The notes below the pieces were generated by a model. The model ran no database searches and was not told where the DNA came from. It saw only the letters and a program-made list of their open reading frames with translations. 59,945 nucleotides of DNA from NCBI GenBank assembly GCA_001938485.1, contig MQRK01245740.1, forward strand, positions 1 through 59,945, in the 5' to 3' direction. Every line of letters begins with the position of its first letter. Positions within the stretch are counted from its first letter, which is position 1. Shown one piece after another: positions 50,840 through 59,945 of this stretch. A program made the translations under genes and the position numbers. Source of the DNA: Girardia tigrina (taxonomy: Eukaryota).

Positions 50840-53800
50840 TTAAGTGACTAAAACCTTGACCATAATCAAAATATATTGAATTTCATTATCTTTTCCAGTG
50901 AAATCAATCTCCAAAGTTTCTTGAATCATTCGATTAAAAAATGTCGGAACCGATTCTGCTACTCTCATGACCTCTTCATTTCCGTTTAATGCAATTAAAA
51001 CGAACTGAATTTTCAATCCCAAACTTCCGGTTGGTACTTCTGGTGCCCGAAACTAAAATTAAAGTCATCTAGAAATAGAATTAACATATTCAAACCGTCA
51101 CAATTAGTTTCTCTGCCATTTTCCTATATGTTAACTTCCAGTCGAACAGGTCAATACTGAAGTAAGGGGTTCTGATGGCTTTTTTATCAATTGCGTTTGA
51201 AAAACGATTGGAGATTTTATTGTTGAATCTGTCGATGACCAAGTTGAGATAGTTTCTTGGTTTATACCATTCTTCACAGAACGCTTCATTAATTGAAGCG
51301 TTGAACATACATAATGAACGATACCTATGATAGATTAATACGCTTTACAAATGGTTTTATGTGTTGTTAATGATATATTTTATAACACATTCTCATCAAT
51401 TACGAATTGATCTTTTTAAAATCATTTTATTAAACAATTATCAAAAGAAATTTTCTCATATTTTATTATTTTTTTATTATTTGATTGCTGTATAAAGTAA
51501 ATATTTGTTATACAAATCAAAAATAATATAATATTAATGAAATTTGATGATAAAATAAATTTGTTTCAATTACAAATATAATTATATTTTACGTTTTCTT
51601 GTATTTTATTAAATATAATTTCAATTCTTCATAAATAATTTATTATGATTATGATAAGATAAAGATTAAGACCGGGGAATTGATTTTTTTTCGTGGGGTT
51701 TGTTTCCTGCGAGTTGAAATGTTTGCTAACATATTACCATTATTTTAAAAAACATAATATTCAAATTTATAATGCAAAGTCCGAAGTAAGAATGCATAAA
51801 AAGGGTCTCCCCTGGTATTTATAATTAATTGTGGTGTCCAAGCCGTTAGGCATACAGAAGGTAAAACTTGATAATACATCTATAAACTGTGTTTGGTGGT
51901 ATATTGTGGAAATCGAAAATAAACCTTTAAATGGTTATCATACCTAATAAAAAAACCTTTAACATTTCGATTAAATTTTGTATTAACCATTAAACTTTGT
52001 GTTCAAGAATATGTATGAAATGAAGAAAAAATACCTATGTAGTACGTTCAATAAGTATCAGGTCTAAGGTAAAAAAGGTGATAGCACATTGTATTTAAAT
52101 AAATTAATAAAGATTTAAATTTTAATAAATGTTTAAGAGGTTTTGATTAGATTTTTGCCATCTTTTTTTTAATTGTTTTTGAAATTATTACGACATTTGT
52201 AATTTGCTTCAATGTGATGATTTCAGAAGTCGTACATCACATCGTTATCAAGTTCTTTGTGTTGCAGAATAAGACGTGTTGTGAAATCATCAACTTTTTA
52301 CATTCAACTTATCTAAATGACTTCCTATCTCTGACAACTGTTAAATATTTGATTAGAGAGTTTAAAGATGGTCGCACAGTTGATTAAAAATAGAAGAAGG
52401 TGTTCCAAAAAGAGCGTTAAATTACCATGAAAAGGCTGTCAATGAAGTTCACCATCAGTGTTGGTATAGTTCACACCAAATTTAAATCCATAAGTCTCAA
52501 AAAACTGGCCTCCAGATTCGTACCCGCTTCTTGACCGATGAAATGATGCAAAACCGCTGGGATTGCAGTCAGAACAACTTGGACCTGTGGGACCAGCATA
52601 GTGAGACTCCCCTGGAAAATTTAATTACAAGGCATAAAGTTTATTTTCATGGAGAAACTATTCAAAGAGAAACTACTCAACATGTATTAACCGGAAACAA
52701 AATATGAGTCAGCAGAATGGAAAATGCCCGTAGAGAAGCCACATTTGAAGATGCAAACGGGACAAGTGTCGGACGGGCGATGATAATTTTCATTTTCTGA
52801 GATCATAAATATGTAATTCTTATGGATTTCGTGGATAAAAGCAGAATATACTAACTGCAGATAACTACAGCCAACTTGTGGAAACTGTAAGAAAAAAAAA
52901 CGGAAGCAGTAGAACCAGCTACTATAGTTTCTCCATGAAAATGTGCAAGTACACACTAAGGACATTTCTCTGACTAAAATTGAAGGTACTGGACTTTTTT
53001 GTGGATCATCCGCCGTACAGCTAAGTTTTGGCATCGATCAATTTTTACCACATCAGACATCTAAAGAAGCATTTGAGAGGTATCCAGTTTGGATCCAAAG
53101 ACGATTTGAAGGTTGCCATGTATGATTTCATCGCTGCATGCACATCAAAAGTTTTCAAAAAGGCGTTTTCTGAGTTTATTATCCACTTACGGAAGTGTAT
53201 GGAGCGAAATGGACATTATATTAAAAAATGATTCATACATACATTAAGCTTGTTATTTTATATAGATGGCCGTTTTGGAATTCATTGTCTTTGTCAGGCC
53301 GGGTACTTATTGAACACACCATATGATAATATGGCAATTTAATCAATCATTTTAAATATTATGATTAAAATATAAAGAATAATTATAACTGTTGTACGTC
53401 TGATATTTGTTTTGAGTTCTAAGTTTGACATATTTTGTAAAATGTTCATAATTGAAATACGCACTCTCCCTTATGATCGATATTAGCAAATTATCTATGA
53501 TAATTAATTTAATTAAATAACTATTTATTTGTTATTAAAAAGAGTTTATTTGAATATTAATTATTATAACGATTTTGAAAAGTAGAGTCAAAATGAAGTG
53601 ATTTCTGCAAAAATAAAATGTTGATTCGTGTAAAAATATTTTTCTAATTTATTTTATAAAGGAAACCAAGAAGTTATTTTATTTGAAACTCCAAGTAACT
53701 CTTCGTTTTTTTATATAAATACAACTTACTTATGAGCCTTCATAATAAGTCTTTTTAGAAGTTTGTTTATTTTTGGATTTTCTGAAAAATCATTTCTTGT

Positions 53801-54628
53801 CTCTATTTCAAAAAGATGTGTTGGAGTCATCATGGAAAATCGTATTAATGGCAACAGCTTCATAGCGTTTAATTCTAATTCAACAATATGATCATCGCTG
53901 TAAAGCCATGTTTTACTGAGATCATAAATATTATATTCGCAATTCACAACTAAAGTTGATGATTCAAGAATTTCACACAGAAAACTTATATCTAAAGAGT
54001 TCCATACTTCAGACATTTGAATGAGGTTTTGGAAATTCGAACAAATCGTTTCCCAGCAATTTTTAACAATATCAACACAATTTAACATCTTAACCCAAGA
54101 ATACCATTTTAAGGAGTTCATTAAATGTGGACTTTGGGAGTTTTTATACATATATTCCAGTGCTAGGAACCTCAGAGACTCAACGTTATATTTATCCGCC
54201 AAACAAAGTAGCCCGACCACTCTATCACTGGTAAAGGTCACTTCTCCCGTATACATAAATTTTAAAAAATACATAAAAGATTTTTCACATTCCGAGTTTT
54301 CTTCAAGAACTATAACGTTTGAGTCTTCTTTTTTATCTTTATTTTTTGTTCTCCACTTTTTATCAAACATTTTTGATAGAACATCACTGGAAGCTGATAG
54401 AATAAATTTGTGAGCATAATATTTCGTTTCGCCGACTTGTAATTGAACATCACTAAAACATTATAAAACATATTTTTCAATTAGTTTCTAATACCTTAAA
54501 GATTCATTTTGAAATAACATAGATATTTTTTTTATTAAACCTTTTTCATCTGACAAAGTTTCTTCATAGTTCTATTCAAAGGGATTTATTTCAATTAGTA
54601 AATCATATTTACTCACATTTTCTATCAT
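50840..54628 (-). CDS. BTB/POZ-BACK domain protein (BTBD17-like), spliced host gene
   Basis: Exons 54628-54617, 54571-54495, 54452-53730, 51324-51096 and 51052-50840 join in frame through GT-AG introns of 45, 42, 2405 and 43 nt. SDVQLQVG..AHKFILSASSDVL..FLKFMYTG..LADKYNV; BACK region ..LLPLIRFSMM..AHKYRSL..YKPRNY. An extra short final intron near 50816-50854 is possible. Confidence 0.85.
52036..53326 (+). mobile_element. Decayed mariner (Tc1/mariner) element inside the BTB gene intron
   Basis: Imperfect ~28 bp TIRs (gttcaataagta / tacttattgaac), ~1.29 kb. Remnants VIKFF..EI..FKDGRT, SRFVP, LHENVQVH, HPPYS, LKKHLRG. Confidence 0.85.
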
Positions 54629-55554
54629 GAAAATCTTTCTCTTGACAAAAGTTCTATCAATAAAGAAAATAGTGTCATTCCATTATAATATATTGTATGT
54701 TTAAGTATTAAATTTTTGATGGCATCCAAATTATATATTGGTTCATAAAAGCACATATCATAGCATACTTAATTGTGTTGATACAAATTCATATTATGTT
54801 ATAAGATAATATTTTGTGCTAATAATGTGAATTGATTAAATAAAATTTTAAAAGAACGAAAAGAAGTTCGCATTTAAGTGTGGTGTTCATTTCACTCTTT
54901 GAATGAAGGGTTCTGGCGCACCCGGGATCATAGGGGGACGTTCTCCTCGGAGACTTCTTCCCTCTCCTCTTTCATCGTGCACGGGTAAATTGAATAAAAA
55001 CTTTTGCTTGAATGAAATGGAGATAACTTTATTTTTGACTTCCTCAAGAAGAGTCTGGTAGAACAATTGAAATCAATCGCATATTTTATGTGTTGCATTT
55101 TACAAAATCGATAATTTTGAAAATCAACCATGAAATCGGTTTCTTTATTATCAATAATATAAATCATTTCAGAACTCGAAATAAAAGTCAGATTCGTCGG
55201 TTAATTTTGTTTTGGTAATCATCATCGGAATCGATAAATTAATACGATTCACTTCTCCCAATCAACTCAAATTCCAAATGCTGATAATACAATTTTATTT
55301 CGTTTAGTTGATTGCAATATTTAGTTTAAAACTCACAATATTTTTGTATCAAAAACCAATCTCCAGAAACACTATTTTGCAATTATTGACCCTTTGAACA
55401 ACACCACAGTCGACGTTGCTCAACAACGATTTAGATAAACCAAAATTTCAGAATTTCCTACATCTCAAAAAAAAGAAAAGTTTTTTTACACAAAATGAGA
55501 TCTGGATGATAATTTTATATTAAAAACAAAACTCATCCATTTTAAAATATATTT

Positions 55555-56390
55555 TACGACAATATAATTCGACGGATCTACCGTCATCTTCAGGTCACTA
55601 ATTAATAATCAATTCACCTGTATATAAATACAAAAATGATGATTATGTAATCGATTGCATGAAATCATGCTAATCAAAAATTCTCAATAAGCTGGTTGAG
55701 ACTGCCGATTGAACATTGATTTTAGGACAACGTGACCTTATTAACAATGCTTCACACGACACTCTCTCCCAATAATTATCAAAATGCTTACACAGAATTT
55801 TGAAATTATCAATATTACATCACATTTACATTTTTCCTATGTTCTGCAATGTTACTCTTACTCTCTTTTCCACCATGTTCTTGAATTTGTTTATAGAGAT
55901 AACGGGCAGTCTCTCCAATGTATGTGACATCGCATGCATTATATTTATATTCATAAACAATATCAGAACAAAGTGTTAAAGATGTAATAGATTTATTACT
56001 GAACATATTTTGAATTTTATGTGATCACGATATAATTTTCAATTTAATTCATTGTTAGTTGCTTTTAACAATATATTTTAAAAGTTTTTGAATCCTTCAG
56101 AATAAGGAACAATTAAGCAAAATTTAGGCATATTATTAATATCTAATGATACTTTGATTTCTTTCTTAGATCAATCAGTACAAGCCAAACTCTGATTATT
56201 CAAACAATCCTTCAAAATTATTTTATCCACTGTTTCCTTTAATAATTTTTCTAGAAAAGATTTAGAATAACCATAACATACATTATTAACACTTTCTACA
56301 TATTTAACAAAAGTGGAAGACAACGACCAGGGGCGATAAATTAAGCTTGTGAGGAATATTTTTTTAATTTGGTATGTTGAATTTTGTATG
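55555..56390 (-). mobile_element. Second Penelope-like remnant (RT C-terminus and GIY-YIG)
   Basis: LTSLIYRPWSLSS..GYSKSFLE; IVYEYKYNACDVTYIGETARYL..IQEH..SNIAEH; homologous to 26600-27110. Confidence 0.8.
55558..55597 (-). ncRNA. Minimal hammerhead ribozyme with a core mutation
   Basis: Minus strand tgac CTGAAGA tgacgg-tagat-ccgtc GAAT tata TT gtcg; stems I and II intact, GAAA changed to GAAT. Confidence 0.65.
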
Positions 56391-56909
56391 TTCAGTTTAA
56401 TATTTGGAAATGTGTTTCTCCCACCCAGATGGAAAACTGATATTTTTGATGTTCGCGATGAATAGTTATTCGAGCATAATTTGCATTTTAAATTAAAACT
56501 TAATATATAAAAAATTTTAATTATTAAATCGTTTAAACCTTTAACCCTTAGTAGCCTGATTTACGAAAGTGATTTATTTTTAATATTACTGTGTTTGCTT
56601 GAAGGTCTAGATGAAGGTAAAAATAGCTAAAAAAATCACATTATTTATTTTACATATTTATTTTTATATTATATTTATATATTATATATTTATTATATTA
56701 TATTTATCCGTCACCACCCAAACACATAGTTCTTTTTCTAACTCTGGACAATGTGTATTCCCATAGCATCTGGGGAAGCTTCTTGGGTTAGAAACCATTA
56801 ACACTTCTTTGTTCTTTCTCCAGCCTCGGATAAGCTTCTCATCAATCAGAAAGAAACGAAAAGTTTACAAAATTTTTTACAAAATTATACATGCTTTTCA
56901 TTAACTCTA

Positions 56910-57024
56910 TATAGTTATATCGCGCAAATAAGTCGCGGCTTATCTCTCAAGAAAGTGTATTTTTTTAAAAAAAAGTCATGTGCGACTTATGCGTGATTGC
57001 GACTCATCTGGCTATAATACGGTA
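56910..57024. mobile_element. Short pogo/Tigger-like MITE remnant
   Basis: Inverted motif ataagtcgc / gcgacttat and a right end tgcgactcat...tacggTA. Confidence 0.4.
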
Positions 57025-58946
57025 AATAAATATTTAGATAAAATTATGACATTGTTCAACAAAAACAATTAAAAGAAAGGTTGAGGTCAATGGAGGTTTA
57101 TTTATTAGCCTTTCTCATCAACATCAATATTTTGGGTGTTCTATAAAGAATAGTCTTCTCTTTAACTGCCAGATCATCAATAGTCTCGGTTGGCACTATG
57201 ATCACATGTTATTAACTCTCAACTAACCAGCTGCCTTCAATTCTCTTTCAAGATCTTTTTCATTTTCACTCTGTGATTGTTAACAATATCAACAGCAACT
57301 TGGAGCACATACCGTTACATATCAACTGATTGGCTTAAAGCAATATATTTTCACATATGTCCAATTTGTATCCATACTCCATCAACCTCAAGACAAAACT
57401 AAAAACTGACAATATCTGACGACTGAAAAATTTATTGATTGGAAATTAACAACTATACATAAAACGTACTGAAGAAACTACAAATTCAAACGAAGGCAGC
57501 TAAACTTTGTGTCAAGTCTCGGCAGGCACTATGAGAACATGTAGTTATCTATCTACAACAAAGTCAAAATCAATCCAATACGTTTGATTTAATCAAAATA
57601 CAAATATTCATATTTTCATTTTAAACCGAGAACGTTCAAAGGTTAGATCAATCCATATTATGTAACTAAATAAACAAAATAATAATTGTTTTTTATATTT
57701 CAAATTGAAAAAGATAAAATTTTAGATTTACGTAAGTTTTTAGTCAATTATTCGTAATAATCATATTTTTTATTTCGATCAAAGTCCAAAATTGATTAAG
57801 ATTTTTTTAATTCTTAATATAATATTTAATTATCATTCTTTTTACTTTTTTCAGATCTCGAGAAGTTTTCAGGCTCAGCGTCCACATAATGAATGGGTTT
57901 CATTCTGAGTTGGAGAAAATTCTTCATCCCAACATTTTGCATGCTTTTGAAAAATTCAATTCTCGTCGTTTTTTGTGATTTCAAAAATAAAAAAATATTT
58001 TGCTAAACGATTTTGTTTTTTTCAGCACCCAATTTTATTGTTAGAAATATTTTAAATTGTAGAAATGTGTAAATGTATGGATGTTGTATGTTGATTTAGG
58101 TATGTTGAATTTAAAAGGGGGATGTCCCACCCAGATGGAAATTGATATATTTTTATTTAAATTTAAAGGATTGACTATTCAAACATAATTAAAATAATCA
58201 TTTGATAAATTCATATTTTTCATTTACAATTAAAATTAAGTTTAATATTTTTAGTAAAATTTAAATTAAATGCATTTTTAATTATTTGATAACATTTTTA
58301 TTATTTTGAGTTTTATTGAGAAATGGTTACAATTATTATTTTTAATTAATAATTTTTATAAGTTAAATATTTTAAAAAAAATTAGATAGAAAAATTGTTC
58401 CAATAATCATGATTAAAAATAGAAATAAGAAAACCAATTAGAACGATGACAAAAGATGAAAAACCTTGTGAGTATTGACTCTAAATGTGATTGCAATAAA
58501 AATTCAAATGAGACTTGTCTAAATGTTCTTAATATATATTTTGCTACTGACAATATGACGAAAGATTGTTAATATTAATTTAACAAAAACATATGATATG
58601 TCTTTCGATGCACCAATTTTTCTCGCTGATATGATTAATATATCAAATATTAAATAAACATCAAAATTCGAAACTTATAAAATCTCCAATTAATGTTAAT
58701 TTGAATCCTTTCAAGTAGAGTGATGTGTTGATACGGACGAATATCCAACCATCCGGCAAATTGATTGCTAGGTGCTCCGGAATTCTGTCACATGACTATG
58801 ATTACACTCGTAACTAGTATGAAGCCGCTCACGGGGCAGAAATCCACCTCAGTTTGATACCGTGGCTTGATTTTCAATTGAAGGTATTCCTCCCTGCATC
58901 CTCTCCCGAGCTTCAAAATTTAACCATACTTTTCCTACGACTCAAG

Positions 58947-59170
58947 GACATGCACGAATGGATTAACAAGATTCCTACTGTCCCTATCTACTATCTAGCG
59001 AAACTACAGCCAAGGGAACGGGGTTGGAACGTACAGCGGGGAAATAAGACCCTGTTGAGCTTGACTCTAGTCCGACTTTGTGAAGAAACATTAAAGGTGT
59101 AGTATAAGTGGGAGACTTCGGTCAGCAATGAAATACCACTACTTTGATCGTTTCTTTACTAACTCAGTAC
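58947..59170 (+). pseudogene. 28S rRNA fragment
   Basis: gaatggattaac..actgtccctatctactatctagcgaaa..gccaagggaacgg..agaccctgttgagcttgactctagt..gaaataccactact is conserved eukaryotic LSU sequence; an isolated ~220 bp piece with substitutions. Confidence 0.93.
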
Positions 59171-59735
59171 TGCAGTAAAGTTAACTTCGGTTAATTTATT
59201 TAATGAGAAAATCAACGCCACAGTGCCGAAGCCGCTTAATGTTGTCGACTCTGTTATAAAAACCAGTTATAACGATTACTATTATAATTATTATAACGAT
59301 CGGCATTGGAGTCTGTTCTCATACGAGTCGTGACAAATACAATAATGACACTAATTATAAAATACAATCGAAAAGTAAAGATTTTCATCAACGCAACAAT
59401 TTAAAGCTAAACATGGAGCTCTGATGCATTTTCTGGTTCACAATCTACTTTCATATTGTCAATCACTTATTTTTAATACCAATATTATAAAGCTAGTGTT
59501 AAATGGACTTTATAACAGTTGTTCCAAACTAAAACAACTATCAAAACCGTTCCATTATTTATTTTTCATGAAAATATATAAAACATTTCCCTTGAATGTG
59601 AATTAAACATAACTATTTAAATAGTTTCCAACATTTATTATCCAATAAAATTTGAAATAATTATTTTTATTAATTACTAGTTTACCATTTTAATAATAGT
59701 TAACATTATCTATCGTGTTTTGATTTAAAGCGAAA

Positions 59736-59945
59736 ATGGTTCGAAGAAATATGACATTTAAAACTGCTACTTTGAGAAATNATAACAACTTTATTAAACG
59801 ACAAACTTCAACGATTACAAAACCTCAGATAGTTCCTCTGATAAATGATAATACGGATTGGTACATGGACAGTGTCATTCAAGAAATGATGATCAAGTCT
59901 TTTAAAGAACAGGTTTCGATTACTAATAGAACTTCGTCAAGTAAA
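59736..59945 (+). CDS. USP deubiquitinase, copy 3 (5' part, runs off window)
   Basis: Near-identical to 29335-29544, with the shared ~100 bp upstream region. Confidence 0.85.
   Translation, partial: MVRRNMTFKTATLRNXNNFIKRQTSTITKPQIVPLINDNTDWYMDSVIQEMMIKSFKEQVSITNRTSSSK

Noticed and set aside
57060-57960. piggyBac-like and MULE-like transposase scraps
   Set aside because: Matches too short to support a call.

Overview
AT-rich eukaryotic (metazoan) scaffold with many N gaps. A planarian-type flatworm is my inference, from 42-45 nt introns, a fused Glu-Pro-tRNA synthetase fragment and an Ulp1-bearing NeSL/R5-like element. The window is mostly nested, decayed mobile DNA. It holds: a full-length Ty3/gypsy element (3684-9576, LTRs and ACAAA TSD) inserted into a second retroelement encoding Gag, two ubiquitin-like domains and a chuvirus-like glycoprotein; a NeSL/R5-like non-LTR element; Polinton pPolB pieces including a TIR-bounded 2.9 kb mini-Polinton; Penelope remnants with minimal hammerheads; a MULE; a mariner; host-gene fragments (beta-tubulin, EPRS, cadherin, 28S rRNA); three copies of an intronless USP deubiquitinase; and one apparently intact spliced host gene (BTB-BACK, BTBD17-like). 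The most unusual observations are three. (1) A 158-nt GT-AG intron with self-complementary ends removes the gag stop and fuses gag to pol in frame. (2) The Gag-Ubl-Ubl-Env element has no pol between gag and env. (3) The USP N-terminus is built from two Cys->Trp copies of its own catalytic Cys-box. All calls were made by eye, without database searches.
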